In this document: piece after piece, positions 34,398 through 44,588 of the stretch
How positions within the stretch are numbered: position 1 is the first letter of the stretch
Layout: the number at the start of each line of letters is the position of its first letter
Virus record (IMG/VR): IMGVR_UViG_3300028590_000013
Location: 8,233-72,232 of that record
From: a virus
Length of the DNA stretch: 64,000 nt
Strand: one strand, 5' to 3'
Program-made: the position numbers and the translations under genes
Notes under the pieces: generated by a model
Database searches by the model: none
What the model saw: the letters and a program-made list of their open reading frames with translations, nothing else
Told to the model about the DNA's origin: nothing

Positions 34398-35343
34398 AGG
34401 GTTTCACCTTTTTCGTAACGAGGTCGACGGCTAGGCAGACGAGGTCAACATACCACTCGGGGCCTCGCGTGTCGCCAACAAACTCAGCGCTGTAGATCCG
34501 ATAGATGCCGTCGTCCGCGATGCTCGCGAATTGCTGAACTCCAGCCCAGCGGTCGTAGGGCACTTGGCCGCCGACGATGGCAGCCTCGGGGCTGTTCTCC
34601 GTGCGGTTGATGCTTCTGTTGTCGATCTTCACGAGGGCACCGATGACGAGCTTCGGGTTGATGAGCGCGCGACAGCGCATGCCGTCCTCTGTTTGCTCCA
34701 CGCGGCCAATGAGGCCAGAAGCCGATGTGAGCACCACGGCCTCACTGGGCAGGTAGCCATCCAGGGGAATGACATTCACTCGCCCGTTGGAGATCGTCCA
34801 GGTGGCACCTTGGGCCGCAGTCTCCTGCCGCAATGCAGCCCGAGCCAGGCCGAAGAGCACCTTCCCACGGGGCAGCACGCCTCCCGTGCTGGGGACGAGC
34901 ACCTTGCCGCTCTCTACGCCCTGTGGGGCCATAGCCCCGATCATTGCGCCGAGGCGCTGTGCGGGCGTGCTTCCCGAAGCCAACGTGGCATTGACCAAGG
35001 AGAAGTTGTACGCCATGTCGCCATCAGCCGCGAGGATGTCCAGGTACGTCGAGATGCCCGTGGGATCCTTGACGTCGCGGAATTGCTTGATGGTGCCCTG
35101 GAAAATGACGCCGAAGGCGCTGTTCTCGTAGCCTGCCTGGAGCACGACCTTGCTGTATTCGCCCTTTACCTGGTTGACCGTGTCCTCGCTGAGATTGAAG
35201 ACGCGAATGGCGCAGTTGTCCGGGCTCTCCTCGTCGGCTTGCCGCGTGGAGAACTTGAACTGCATCTCGCTCAGGTCAAGAGCCTTCTCACCCTCGACAA
35301 GGAGCAAGGAGGCCTTGCGCAGGTATTGGCTATCGGGTTCCAT
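34390..35343 (-). CDS. Baseplate hub protein
   Basis: IRVFNLS, LQAGY, IFQGTI, AADGD, GDTRG..WY. Confidence 0.8.
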   Translation of the reverse strand: MEPDSQYLRKASLLLVEGEKALDLSEMQFKFSTRQADEESPDNCAIRVFNLSEDTVNQVKGEYSKVVLQAGYENSAFGVIFQGTIKQFRDVKDPTGISTYLDILAADGDMAYNFSLVNATLASGSTPAQRLGAMIGAMAPQGVESGKVLVPSTGGVLPRGKVLFGLARAALRQETAAQGATWTISNGRVNVIPLDGYLPSEAVVLTSASGLIGRVEQTEDGMRCRALINPKLVIGALVKIDNRSINRTENSPEAAIVGGQVPYDRWAGVQQFASIADDGIYRIYSAEFVGDTRGPEWYVDLVCLAVDLVTKKVKPYG

Positions 35344-35344
35344 G

Positions 35345-35662
35345 TCAGTCCTCGACTACAAAAAAGAGGCGCCCCGCGGTGCCCAGGTTCTCCAGCGTTG
35401 GAACGGCATCGGTGTCGCCATCGGTTTGCACGATCAGCATGCCGCCAAACTTCATGTAGGCGTACTGGCCAAGGAGGTCAGCGCCCGTCACCAGCGGGAT
35501 ACCAGAGAGCATTGCCACGCGGTCCTGATCGGCAATGTCCAGGCTCCAGCAGCTCCCCGTGATGTTCCAGCGCAACGTGAGGAAGTAAGTGACCCCCGCC
35601 AGCTGGATGTTGAAGAGCTGCGGCTGTGCACTGAGAGGGATCTCGTAGGCTGTGCGGCTCAT
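35345..35662 (-). CDS. Baseplate-associated small protein
   Basis: EIPL...Q.F.I.L, WN...W.LDI, GIPLVTGADLL.QY. Confidence 0.75.
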   Translation of the reverse strand: MSRTAYEIPLSAQPQLFNIQLAGVTYFLTLRWNITGSCWSLDIADQDRVAMLSGIPLVTGADLLGQYAYMKFGGMLIVQTDGDTDAVPTLENLGTAGRLFFVVED

Positions 35663-36330
35663 GGCGTGACTCCTCCCGTAGCCGAGGCTGCGGCACTTGC
35701 TTCACCTGCCGTCGCGTTGTACTTGTTGCCATCGGCGAGCTGCTTGGTGCCCTTCTCGACGACTGGTGCCGTAGACTCGGGCTCCTGCTGGGCTTCGGGA
35801 GGCGCGCCCACTGCCACGACCTGCGTGGTGACGATCTGGACTTCGCGGCACTCGATGGTCAGCACCATCGAGTTCTCATTCTCCTTGTCCGAGAGCGTGT
35901 CCATACTACGGATCAGCATGTTCTTGTAGATCCGCTTTCCCGTGAGGATCTCGAAGGGGATTCGAGAGGCTTGGAGCTGCCGCATGTTTTCGTACATGTC
36001 CCGCAAGGAACCCACGCCCTCACCACTGGTCATAGAGGTGAGGCCAGAAAGGCCATCGAAGGCGCCGCCGTCATCGAGCAGGGAACCCACGTCGGAGTCT
36101 CCCCCCGGGCTCTCACTCCAACCCGCACGGATAGTCACGCTGCTAGGCAGCATGAAAGCGTGGTCGCTGATGACGGCGCCGCTCTCCACCGGGTGGTCCG
36201 TGATGACCATCTCATCACGGTGGCGCTCTTCGATGGTGACCTGTGCGGTGAAGGGGCCAATCATGCGCACAGGCGTCACTTGGATGACCTGCTCGCCGGC
36301 GTCAAGGCCCGGGTTCAGGAAGCCGATCAT
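35659..36330 (-). CDS. Tail tube initiator / Dit-like protein
   Basis: ITDHPVESGA.ISDHA, TGKRIY.NMLI; follows tape measure. Confidence 0.75.
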   Translation of the reverse strand: MIGFLNPGLDAGEQVIQVTPVRMIGPFTAQVTIEERHRDEMVITDHPVESGAVISDHAFMLPSSVTIRAGWSESPGGDSDVGSLLDDGGAFDGLSGLTSMTSGEGVGSLRDMYENMRQLQASRIPFEILTGKRIYKNMLIRSMDTLSDKENENSMVLTIECREVQIVTTQVVAVGAPPEAQQEPESTAPVVEKGTKQLADGNKYNATAGEASAAASATGGVTP

Positions 36331-37973
36331 TACTGTACCCTCGGTTTCATGTTGCGCACCACGTCAGAGTTGGCGTTGTTGATCTCCGCCCCCACGGCCT
36401 TCGCGGCTTGGTTGGGATCGCTGACACCGCTGATGCTGATGTGATTGGTCTGAGTGAAGCTGCCTGCGGCTTGGCCGCCGCCACCGGCGATAGCCGCCAT
36501 GTAGCCGCGCGTCTCGGCGGGGGCGCGCCCCAGGCCCTTGCGGTCCACGTTGCCTTCACCCCAGTTGTAGGCAGCCGCCGCCTTGTTCTGGTCGCCGTCG
36601 TACTTCTTAAGCAGATTGCTATACATCTTGGCGGCAGCCGTGGCGCTCTGGTCGAGGTCGTTGGGATCCGAGAGCCCATACTGCTTGGCCGTGGCAGGCA
36701 TGAACTGGAAGTGCCCTTGTGCCCCCGCACTCGAGAGCATGGATCCACCGCGGCGGCTCTCCTGGGCCCAAACGCGGCCCAGCCACCCCTTGGGCAGCCC
36801 ATACTGCTTCTCCAGCTTGGCGAAGAGGGGCGCCGCCTTTTCGGCAGCCGCAGCCTGGCGCGCCACCTCGGCTTTGCTTGCCTTGGGGCCTGGAGCGGGG
36901 CCGCCATCGGCCAACGTGCCACCAGAAGGGGCCGCAACGGGCGCAGAGGAGGGCGCAGCCACGGAGGGAGGGGGAGTGCCTCCCGTCTTGAAAGCGGCGT
37001 CGTCCTGGGCCGTATCCACGCTCGCTTCGTTGGCGATGGGCCGCGCATACTTCTTACTCCCTGCAGAACGCATGAAGTCCTCGTACTTGCCGCGAATCCA
37101 TCCGGTAACCCCGGTACGAGCTGCTGTGCTCTCGCCTTCACTGATGCCAAGGCGCTCCTTGCTCTCCTTGCTCATCTCCACGCCGCCGCCCGTGGGCTTC
37201 AGGCCCACGCCTTCTAGCAGCCGTGACCAGATGTCGCCCTGCTGGACGATCTTGATCCAATCGCTGAGCACCTCACGGCTCACTGCGCTCACCTCCAGCA
37301 ACTTCGGGAGGAGGGCGATGGCGAGAGTGTCCTTGAAGAGGCCGAGGACTTCATACGTCTCGCGCCAGCTGTTGGCGATGTCCACGCTCGCCTTGGCTGC
37401 CTTGTCTTGATCTATGCCAAAAGCCGCCGCCATCTCCTTGCGCTGAGCATTGGCCGCCTTCAGCTTGTCCAGGCCATCCTGCAACATGAAGAGGGTATCT
37501 GGGTCAATGCCGAAGAGGTTGGCGTACTTCTCAGCCACGAAGAATGGCATCTTCTTCAGCTGGGTGACGAGGTCTACCAGCACGTCGCTCTTATCGCGGC
37601 CCTTCACTTGCACGCCGAGGCTGTTCAGGAGGCCCGTGAGACCTGGGTTGCTCCGCAGGTTGCGGGCCACGGCTTCAAGGCTCTCCTGAACGTTCTTGAC
37701 GCCTACATTGCGCGCCGCGTAGTCCAAGGCCCTCATGCTCCCCACAGCGCTATCCGTTCTCCGGCTAGCGTAGTAGAGTTTCTCCATGCTGTAGGCGAAC
37801 GTCGAGACCATGGCGACCGCTGCCGTGCCAACGCCAATGAGGGACTTGCCGAGCTTATCGGCGCGCTTGTCCCAGTTCTTCAGCCCATCGTCGAACTTCT
37901 TGCCTTCCTTCTCATCGACCTTGAAGCCAAGGCTGATGAGGTACTCACGCAAGATTGTCGAATTGTCGGCCAT
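36330..37973 (-). CDS. Tape measure protein with lytic transglycosylase (SLT) domain
   Basis: REYLISLGFKVD start; QES, SSAGAQGHFQFMPATA..YG, AAYNWGEGN, ETRGY. Confidence 0.9.
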   Translation of the reverse strand: MADNSTILREYLISLGFKVDEKEGKKFDDGLKNWDKRADKLGKSLIGVGTAAVAMVSTFAYSMEKLYYASRRTDSAVGSMRALDYAARNVGVKNVQESLEAVARNLRSNPGLTGLLNSLGVQVKGRDKSDVLVDLVTQLKKMPFFVAEKYANLFGIDPDTLFMLQDGLDKLKAANAQRKEMAAAFGIDQDKAAKASVDIANSWRETYEVLGLFKDTLAIALLPKLLEVSAVSREVLSDWIKIVQQGDIWSRLLEGVGLKPTGGGVEMSKESKERLGISEGESTAARTGVTGWIRGKYEDFMRSAGSKKYARPIANEASVDTAQDDAAFKTGGTPPPSVAAPSSAPVAAPSGGTLADGGPAPGPKASKAEVARQAAAAEKAAPLFAKLEKQYGLPKGWLGRVWAQESRRGGSMLSSAGAQGHFQFMPATAKQYGLSDPNDLDQSATAAAKMYSNLLKKYDGDQNKAAAAYNWGEGNVDRKGLGRAPAETRGYMAAIAGGGGQAAGSFTQTNHISISGVSDPNQAAKAVGAEINNANSDVVRNMKPRVQ

Positions 37974-37977
37974 GCGG

Positions 37978-38256
37978 TTACCTCCGTTTGTTCAGTGCTT
38001 CGAGCTTCTCAGCCTCAGCTTTGTTGAAGCGATAGAGGTTCTCGTCCTCTACGTCAATCGCCTCGTTAAGCAGCATGACACGGCCCAACGAGATGCTGCC
38101 GTCGTAGAGAGCGGCCTCTGGGAGGACGCGCCGCATGACAGGGCGGTACATCTGGTCCTCGCCCTCCACCATGCCGATAGTCTCTACGCTGCTGGAGCCT
38201 CGGGACTTGCTGAGGAGCTTCTCGATTCGACCTGCGCGAGAAGCTCCTTGAAAAAA
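37978..38256 (-). CDS. Frameshifted C-terminal extension of tail assembly chaperone
   Basis: -1 frame open from slippery site; RPV...LYDGSISL..V.LLNEAID..DEN. Confidence 0.7.
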   Translation of the reverse strand, partial: FFQGASRAGRIEKLLSKSRGSSSVETIGMVEGEDQMYRPVMRRVLPEAALYDGSISLGRVMLLNEAIDVEDENLYRFNKAEAEKLEALNKRR

Positions 38257-38648
38257 TCCTCCAGATTGACCTGGAGGACGGCCACCACGATAGCGATCAT
38301 GTGCTGCATCTTGATGTCCTCGTACTGCAGCGCCGCGCCCGTGCTGACAGGCGCCCACATGTCTTTGCCACCGGGGCCCTTCTCGGCCCGCTTCACCACG
38401 CCCAAGCAAGTGGCGAAGATGTAGTCAGTCTGCTCGTCACTCATCGTGGAGAGCACTTGGCTCACCGGGCCCAGCACAGGCATGAGCTGATCCACGTCAA
38501 TGCTGCGATGCTGCAGGATCGTGGCAAAGCTAATGCCCATGGTGGCGAGGAGGGGGGCGATGCGGCGACTCACATGGAATTGCTGCATCGCGTTGAGCTG
38601 GCCGATCTGGTACTTGTGGCCGCCGATGACGGGTTCGGGATTGATCAT
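38184..38648 (-). CDS. Tail assembly chaperone
   Basis: LNAMQQFHVSRRIAP; lies between tube and tape measure; T TTT TTC slippery site near 3' end. Confidence 0.85.
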   Translation of the reverse strand: MINPEPVIGGHKYQIGQLNAMQQFHVSRRIAPLLATMGISFATILQHRSIDVDQLMPVLGPVSQVLSTMSDEQTDYIFATCLGVVKRAEKGPGGKDMWAPVSTGAALQYEDIKMQHMIAIVVAVLQVNLEDFFKELLAQVESRSSSASPEAPAA

Positions 38649-38672
38649 TTATTGGTCTCCTGGGGATTAAAC

Positions 38673-39113
38673 TTACACGCCGAGGTTGGCGTCGCAGCGC
38701 ACGACGTCGAACTCCCACGACACGATGCCGCCTTCCTTGGCGTAGGTGAGATCGGGCACCTTGGAGAAGGCGGTCTGACGGCAGGAGATGCCGTCATTGC
38801 GGCTCACGTCAGCGATGACCAGCGTGTTCTGGCCGTGGAGGGCGCCACTCGAACGCTGGAAGTTCGCCATCTGCATGAGCTTCGCATTGGTAGGCGAAGT
38901 CTTCAGCAGGTTGACGGTGACCTTGGCGCTGCGGTCAGCGAAGAGGCTGTGCATGCCCTCGCCGTCCGCACCGATGGTCATGCCGTTGAAGGGGCCCGTG
39001 GGCACGATCGTGATGCCTTCCTCACTGTTGCCGGCACCGGCACCGATGGAAAAGGCCCCACCGGGGCCCGTGATCGATGCCGTGACGTCGAGGAAGCTGT
39101 AGGTCTTGCTCAT
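38673..39113 (-). CDS. Tail tube protein (DUF3277-like)
   Basis: YSFLDV.ASITGP, EEGI, MTIGADG, LLKTSPTN. Confidence 0.9.
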   Translation of the reverse strand: MSKTYSFLDVTASITGPGGAFSIGAGAGNSEEGITIVPTGPFNGMTIGADGEGMHSLFADRSAKVTVNLLKTSPTNAKLMQMANFQRSSGALHGQNTLVIADVSRNDGISCRQTAFSKVPDLTYAKEGGIVSWEFDVVRCDANLGV

Positions 39114-39140
39114 TGCTCTACTCCTGAAGTTGCTTTGGGT

Positions 39141-40625
39141 TTACTGATTGACCGTGACAGCGATGTCGACGTGGTGGATGGCGCCTGCCAGCTTGGCGGC
39201 GATCTGGATGGGCACGGCAAGGCGGGCCGCACGATCGGCGGGGTCTTGCGTGTCCACGTTGGGAGCGTAGACGTAGTAACCCTTCTCCAGGTAGGAGCCC
39301 TGGGTGATGGTGCCGAAGCCGTTGCTGTTCCACACGCCCGGAGCCAGCAGGCCATTCACCACGGCCTGGGCACAGACAGCCTCGCACGTGGTCGTGAGGA
39401 GCTGCATGCCAGCATTGGTCTGCGGGATCTTCGTGGGGCTCGTGTAGAGCAGGTTGTAGACGCGCTGCTGCAGCTCGACGGCAAGCCAGTCGGTGCCCGT
39501 CACGATGTCCACGAACGTGCCATCGGTCATCACGCCTTGCTCGATGATGGCCGTGTCGTTGTTGTAGTTCACGAAGATGTTGGCGTTCTTCGCTTCGGCT
39601 GCATCGGCTTGGTTGCTGTTCAGCGATTCCGCCACGACGCCAGGCTCCTGCTTGAACTTCAGGGTCATCACCGTGTTGTTGCCGTTGAAGTCCGTGGTCA
39701 GGATCCGGCCTGCCGCACTGAAGGCGGCAAACAGATCGCTGCTGGAGAACTGCACGAACGTACGGCGGTAGTTGAGCTGCGAGAGCAGGTAGGCGATATC
39801 GGTGGTGGACACCGTCGAGAGCACGCCCGCTTCGTTGGTCGTGAGCCAGTAGGTGTGCTTCGTGTTCGTGCCTTCGATGAAGCCAGCAATGGCCAGGTGA
39901 TCGGCATTGGCAGCAGAGGGCACGCCCACGCCATACCACTTCTGGCCCAGCATGGCATCCATGAGCTGCACAGCGGCCACCGCGGACTCGGCAACCTGCC
40001 CCGTGAAGAGGTAGGCGCCACTCGAGGCCGCCGTCATGCCGATCAGCGTGGAGATGTCGGTGCCCGTGGCGGCAGCCTGCATGAAGCTGATGGCCGAGGC
40101 AGCGCCGGTCGTGTTGCTGGTGATCTCGAAGCGCTGGTAGTTGGCGTTCCAGATCACCGTAGTGCCGACAAGGGCCGTCTGGATGATGGCCGCCACTGCG
40201 TTGAGGTTCGCGGCAGCCGAGAAGTCCAAGCCCGTGATGTCAGCAGCGGCTGCGCCATCCTTGGCGATCTTGAAGGAACCCGTGGTGATGGCGTTCCAGG
40301 TGGCGATCAGCTGACTCGAAGAGGGCAGCGTGGCACCGCGGATGCCGCCCTTGCTTGCCGCATTCACCCAGCGGGCGATGAGCATCTCGGTGGGCTGGGG
40401 CGACTGGCTGAACCAGCGCTGTGCCGCTTTGTATTCCTCGGCGAGCAGGCCGAAGTCATTGGCGACGTCCGTGAGGTCCGTGTAGCTGCGGTAGCGCTCC
40501 ACCGGGTCAATGATGGCTGAGGTGCCCATGACCAGCATGTTGGAAAGGCTTTGCGCCTGGGCGCCGGCTTGCGTCAGGAAGACGCTGACGGCGACGACAC
40601 GCGAAACGGAAAGGGAGGGCTTCAT
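39141..40625 (-). CDS. Tail sheath protein (DUF3383-like)
   Basis: DFG...EEYKAA..WFSQSPQP, TLKFKQEPGV, KIPQT..G, LAGAIH.VD. Confidence 0.92.
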   Translation of the reverse strand: MKPSLSVSRVVAVSVFLTQAGAQAQSLSNMLVMGTSAIIDPVERYRSYTDLTDVANDFGLLAEEYKAAQRWFSQSPQPTEMLIARWVNAASKGGIRGATLPSSSQLIATWNAITTGSFKIAKDGAAAADITGLDFSAAANLNAVAAIIQTALVGTTVIWNANYQRFEITSNTTGAASAISFMQAAATGTDISTLIGMTAASSGAYLFTGQVAESAVAAVQLMDAMLGQKWYGVGVPSAANADHLAIAGFIEGTNTKHTYWLTTNEAGVLSTVSTTDIAYLLSQLNYRRTFVQFSSSDLFAAFSAAGRILTTDFNGNNTVMTLKFKQEPGVVAESLNSNQADAAEAKNANIFVNYNNDTAIIEQGVMTDGTFVDIVTGTDWLAVELQQRVYNLLYTSPTKIPQTNAGMQLLTTTCEAVCAQAVVNGLLAPGVWNSNGFGTITQGSYLEKGYYVYAPNVDTQDPADRAARLAVPIQIAAKLAGAIHHVDIAVTVNQ

Positions 40626-40636
40626 TTTGGCTTCCT

Positions 40637-41212
40637 TCAGGGGGTGGGAGGGCTGACGATGATGGGAGTGATGTAGTGCTCGTTGTCCAGGCCGATACCG
40701 GCGCTGTTGATCGAGGCACTCTTGTAGACGCGGCGAATGCGACGGCGCAAGAGCACAGGGAGGTCATAGCGCTGCTGATAGACCTCCTTCACCAGAGAGG
40801 GTAGGTGGCGCTCTCGCGCCGTGTTGACGAGCTTGATGCCTTCACGGCCAAGGGCGAAACGGTTCTGCTCGATCTGCAGGCCATCCTTGAAGATGCCGCA
40901 CACGCGCTGCGAGTTCGGCCCATAAAAGGAAGCCAAGAGATTGATCTCTTGGTCACGCTCCAGCTCGATATCCGTTTCGTTGACCTGCCGGATGAAGGCG
41001 AAGGCATCGGCGTCGCTCGTGTTGATGAGCAGCGCCACCCAGTTCACCGAGAAGTCGGGAAGCAGGGGTGGATTGGGTTGAGCCGAGGGCCGCACCAGCG
41101 TAGGGAGCAGACCAGTGATGCCAACCACCGTTTCTTGGATGACGTCAACTAGGACGTCATCCTCCAGAATAGCGGGTAGGGCCTCTGGTAGCACAAAGGG
41201 GACTGTTGCCAT
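40637..41212 (-). CDS. Tail terminator / neck protein
   Basis: GITGL...LVRP..Q..PP, SFYGP, DGLQIEQN; position before sheath. Confidence 0.75.
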   Translation of the reverse strand: MATVPFVLPEALPAILEDDVLVDVIQETVVGITGLLPTLVRPSAQPNPPLLPDFSVNWVALLINTSDADAFAFIRQVNETDIELERDQEINLLASFYGPNSQRVCGIFKDGLQIEQNRFALGREGIKLVNTARERHLPSLVKEVYQQRYDLPVLLRRRIRRVYKSASINSAGIGLDNEHYITPIIVSPPTP

Positions 41213-41220
41213 TGCTTCTC

Positions 41221-41652
41221 CTATTGCGGGACGTCCACGGCCTTCTGGGACGATGCCACGACCTCGTAGACGCCTTGCCCGTAGCGGCCATAGGGCAGCA
41301 CTTGCTCAACGACGTAATCGGTGGCGCCGAAGGCATCGGCCCCGGCTGCAGTGACCGGCCAGCGGATAACGTCGGGCTGGTAATGCGTCAAGCCATCGGG
41401 GCTCACGCTTGCGCCACGAAAGGCGAAGACGGAGGCCACAAAGATCTTGCGAGGCACGTGCACCTCGGCTTCCCGCTTCATGATGTCGGCGGGATCCTGC
41501 TGCGTGACGACGCCCAACAGACCCACGAAGGTTTCCGTGGTGGGGGCCGTCATGCGGCCATGCACGTCGAGCACCTCTGTGCGGCGGCGCACACTGAAGC
41601 TATCGGTGAGCATGGGGTCTTGCGTCACGAAACTAACGTCAAGTAGCGGCAT
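41221..41652 (-). CDS. Head closure / head-tail protein
   Basis: MPLLDVS....DP, YG.G.Y; position in neck cluster. Confidence 0.7.
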   Translation of the reverse strand: MPLLDVSFVTQDPMLTDSFSVRRRTEVLDVHGRMTAPTTETFVGLLGVVTQQDPADIMKREAEVHVPRKIFVASVFAFRGASVSPDGLTHYQPDVIRWPVTAAGADAFGATDYVVEQVLPYGRYGQGVYEVVASSQKAVDVPQ

Positions 41653-42289
41653 TTTCGCCCTCCTGTTTCTTCTTCCTGCTACGAATCACGAAGGTCACGG
41701 CGTTGCGCATCTGCGCGGTGTCGACGAGGGGCTTCGCGTATTCAGTGCTGGGCTCTTCACCGGCCCAGCGGCGATCCAGCTCCTGCGCCGCACCCTTGCG
41801 GGCACCACCGCCGTTCTTGCGCCCCTTCTTCATGCGCTGACGCAACGTGAAGTCGGAGAGGGGAGGGGGGATGCCCTCGTTGATCGTGCGCTTGATGCTG
41901 TTGGCCGCCTTGAAGCCGACCTGCGTGAGGCCCGCCATAGCCTTCTCGGGGCCGCCACCGGCGAGAACCGCCTTGGCCGTTTTGGAGAGCAGCTCCGTGA
42001 CGTCATCGAGCACGGCCTCCACGCCTGGCGTCATGAACTCGCGCTGTGGGATGTTGGCCTCAGGCGCGCCGTTGTCGTGGATGTAGCCGAGCACGGCATT
42101 CGTGAGGTCGGTGTCGACGGGCTTGCCGTTCTCGTCCAGGGCGGGCTTGCGGTCGCTCGTGTCGTCCGGGAAGCCCACTAACACGCGGGCATCAAGGAGG
42201 ATCTCCAGCCCAGCTAGGAGATCCTGCAGCTCGCCTTTGAAGCTGATCTTCTTGACGCCTGTATCCCCAAGGCCACGCTTGCTTGCCAC
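41639..42289 (-). CDS. Neck / virion morphogenesis protein
   Basis: VLVGFP, GYIHDNGAPEANIP.R.F, KPLVDT.QMRNAVT; TAGTG overlap start. Confidence 0.8.
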   Translation of the reverse strand: MASKRGLGDTGVKKISFKGELQDLLAGLEILLDARVLVGFPDDTSDRKPALDENGKPVDTDLTNAVLGYIHDNGAPEANIPQREFMTPGVEAVLDDVTELLSKTAKAVLAGGGPEKAMAGLTQVGFKAANSIKRTINEGIPPPLSDFTLRQRMKKGRKNGGGARKGAAQELDRRWAGEEPSTEYAKPLVDTAQMRNAVTFVIRSRKKKQEGENAAT

Positions 42290-42759
42290 TACTGCACCGG
42301 CTGGGGGAAGACGACTCCAGGCCACGCAAGGCCGGGGTCGTAGTTGCTGCCGCCTTCGGGGACGCCTACCTGAACGGGACCGGCGCCGACCATCCGCACG
42401 AGCTGGATGTAGCGCAGGCCATACGAGGTGAGATTCCAGTGGCCGTTCTTCGGATCCATGGCAACGCCTGGATTGCGCGAGTAGCTGACCTTGTCGACAC
42501 TGCCCGAAGTGAGGGGGCCCACAATGGCCCCAGGCGTGCCACCGCCACCAGAGCCTGTGCTCATGGCTTCGAGGGCGAGGTTGTGGGCTACGAACAGCAT
42601 GATGCCGTAGCTCTGCAGATCTCCCCAGCGGTAAGCGTTAGCCACGAGGAGGTTGCCGAGATTGATCCAAAAATTGATCTCGGCATCGGGGTATTTGGTG
42701 ACGTCCGAGAACGCCGGGAATGCCGCCCTGAATTCGGCCACGGTGACGGGAAGAGCCAT
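42289..42759 (-). CDS. Head-tail adaptor (DUF4054-like)
   Basis: FRAAFPAFSD..KYPD, LFVAHNL, SVDKVSYS, WNLTSYG. Confidence 0.88.
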   Translation of the reverse strand: MALPVTVAEFRAAFPAFSDVTKYPDAEINFWINLGNLLVANAYRWGDLQSYGIMLFVAHNLALEAMSTGSGGGGTPGAIVGPLTSGSVDKVSYSRNPGVAMDPKNGHWNLTSYGLRYIQLVRMVGAGPVQVGVPEGGSNYDPGLAWPGVVFPQPVQ

Positions 42760-42785
42760 GTGGCCTCCTTCTTTAAGGGTGGGGG

Positions 42786-43295
42786 TTACTTGATGACGAC
42801 GCCATTGGCCTCGGCGTACCAGTGCTCGGCGTGCTCCTTCGGCATGCGCGTCGTGCCGACCGGGTAGACGTGCATCTGGTGGTTGTCGTCGAGCATCTGG
42901 AAGTGCTTGGTCGTGGGCTCGACTTCCACTTCCTCGTCGCTGGCCAGCTTGGCGCGCTTGCGCGGGCCCACGGTCGTGCCGCCGAGGGTGGCCGCATTGG
43001 CCAGGCCACCGGCGCCCGGATGCTTGTTGGCATCTTCGAGGTCGTTGTTCTGGTTCGGCGTGGGAGCTGCCGCCACGACTGCATCGGCAGCGCGCACGGC
43101 GTCCGTGGCTTCCTTGTCGACGGCGGCATCGACGGCGGGATCGCGCGTGTTGTCGGTGCCAGCGTCATTGCCGTCACGAGGATCGGCGCTGACTCGGGGG
43201 GAGGGGGCACGCTCAGGGGTGAGGGGCGTGCGTTTGACTGCCGGCGCGGCGGCCTTCGTGGCGGATGCGGCGGGTTTCTTGTTGGCTGCTGCCAT
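42786..43295 (-). CDS. Hypothetical virion-associated protein
   Basis: AAGGAG RBS; low-complexity N-terminus; AEHWYAEANGV C-terminus. Confidence 0.75.
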   Translation of the reverse strand: MAAANKKPAASATKAAAPAVKRTPLTPERAPSPRVSADPRDGNDAGTDNTRDPAVDAAVDKEATDAVRAADAVVAAAPTPNQNNDLEDANKHPGAGGLANAATLGGTTVGPRKRAKLASDEEVEVEPTTKHFQMLDDNHQMHVYPVGTTRMPKEHAEHWYAEANGVVIK

Positions 43296-43326
43296 GGTGT
43301 GCTCCTTGAAAGGGATGGGATGAAGT

Positions 43327-43358
43327 AAGCCGCCTCGACGGGATTGCCGAGGCGGCTT
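43327..43358 (-). terminator. Hairpin after major capsid gene (terminator or attenuator)
   Basis: AAGCCGCCTCG / CGAGGCGGCTT 11-bp stem; weak U-tract. Confidence 0.55.
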
Positions 43359-43394
43359 GCGTTCCTCACTCACAGGCCTTGCGGCCCTCGCGGC

Positions 43395-44588
43395 TTAGAA
43401 GCCGTCGCGGTATGCGATCGTCTCGGGGTAGACGACTTCGACGACGCCCAGGCGGCAGAAGTACGTCGACTTGTGGTAGATCGAGTCGTACTGCACCGGG
43501 GTGCGCTGCAGCGGGGTCATGGGGAAGCGCAGGTACTTCTTGTCCTTGCGGTACGCCACCATGCGGTCGGCACCGCTCACGCCGATGTTGCCGCCGACGC
43601 CCGCGCCCACCAGCCACTTCGCCGGAGCGATGACGATGTTACCCAGGCCCTGCGCCACCAGCAGGTTGTTCTCCATGATGAACTTCAGGATGGAGCCCGT
43701 GCCAGCCGAGGTGACCGGCGTCGAGTTGATGTAGCCGAACTTCAGCGGCGGCAGGAGCAGCCGGTTGGGCAGCACCGCGTAGGCCGAAGCAGCCCAGGCC
43801 GAGAAGATGATCTCGTTGATGTCCGCGAGGATCTCGTTGGGCGTCTTGTTGCTCCACAGGGGGGAGCCACCGACGCCGTTGGGCACGTTGGCGATGTTGG
43901 TCACCAGCGCGTTGTTCACGAGACCGCCGACGGCCAGCGTGGCATCACCCACGTAGACCTGCTCATCGGTGTCCATCTGCAGCTTCAGCTGGAGGGCTTC
44001 GTACTTCTGCGCGTCGATGGGGCGGCCCATCTTCGCAGCGCTCTCGAGTTCGAGGATGGAGTACTTGATCTCCAGACCCCACGGGGTCAGCGGGTTCGGG
44101 ATCTTGCCCGTGTCCACGCCGACACCGGAGATCTGGTCGGTGGCCTTGCCGATCCAGGCCTTGCCGTTGCGCACGCCGTTACCCGTGCCCAGCGAGCCCT
44201 GGCTACCGAAGGCCGTCAGCGTGAAGCTGGAGACTTCGTCGGCGATGGTCACATCCTCGCGCAGCTCGATGTCGCGGCTCCAGGTCACAGCCGCGAGCGG
44301 CGTGTTGATGGTCTGGTCGAGGCGTTCGAGTTCGCCGATGAGGAAGGCGCCCGTGCTGTCCACGGTGCGCTTGCCGTCCCAGGTGCGGTAGCTGTGGTCC
44401 AGCACCTTGCCGCGCATGTTGCCGTAGCCGTCGAGCGGCGTGAAGGGCAGCATGGCGTTGTCGAACGTCAGCGCCGTGTCGCGGGTGCGGGCACGGATGA
44501 TGGCCGGCGCACCGGGGAGCACCAGAGGGCTTGCGCCCATGGCGACCAGTGCTGCAGCTGCCACGTTGGAGGAGAAGAGGCGTTTCAT
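43395..44588 (-). CDS. Major capsid protein (DUF2184-like)
   Basis: FLIGELERLD..INTPL..VTWSRDI, ELESA...GRPID, YVGD, GLVNN, VEVVYPET..Y.DG. Confidence 0.92.
   Translation of the reverse strand: MKRLFSSNVAAAALVAMGASPLVLPGAPAIIRARTRDTALTFDNAMLPFTPLDGYGNMRGKVLDHSYRTWDGKRTVDSTGAFLIGELERLDQTINTPLAAVTWSRDIELREDVTIADEVSSFTLTAFGSQGSLGTGNGVRNGKAWIGKATDQISGVGVDTGKIPNPLTPWGLEIKYSILELESAAKMGRPIDAQKYEALQLKLQMDTDEQVYVGDATLAVGGLVNNALVTNIANVPNGVGGSPLWSNKTPNEILADINEIIFSAWAASAYAVLPNRLLLPPLKFGYINSTPVTSAGTGSILKFIMENNLLVAQGLGNIVIAPAKWLVGAGVGGNIGVSGADRMVAYRKDKKYLRFPMTPLQRTPVQYDSIYHKSTYFCRLGVVEVVYPETIAYRDGF

Noticed and set aside
38301-40520. 739-aa + strand ORF
   Set aside because: Antisense shadow of sheath, tube and chaperone genes
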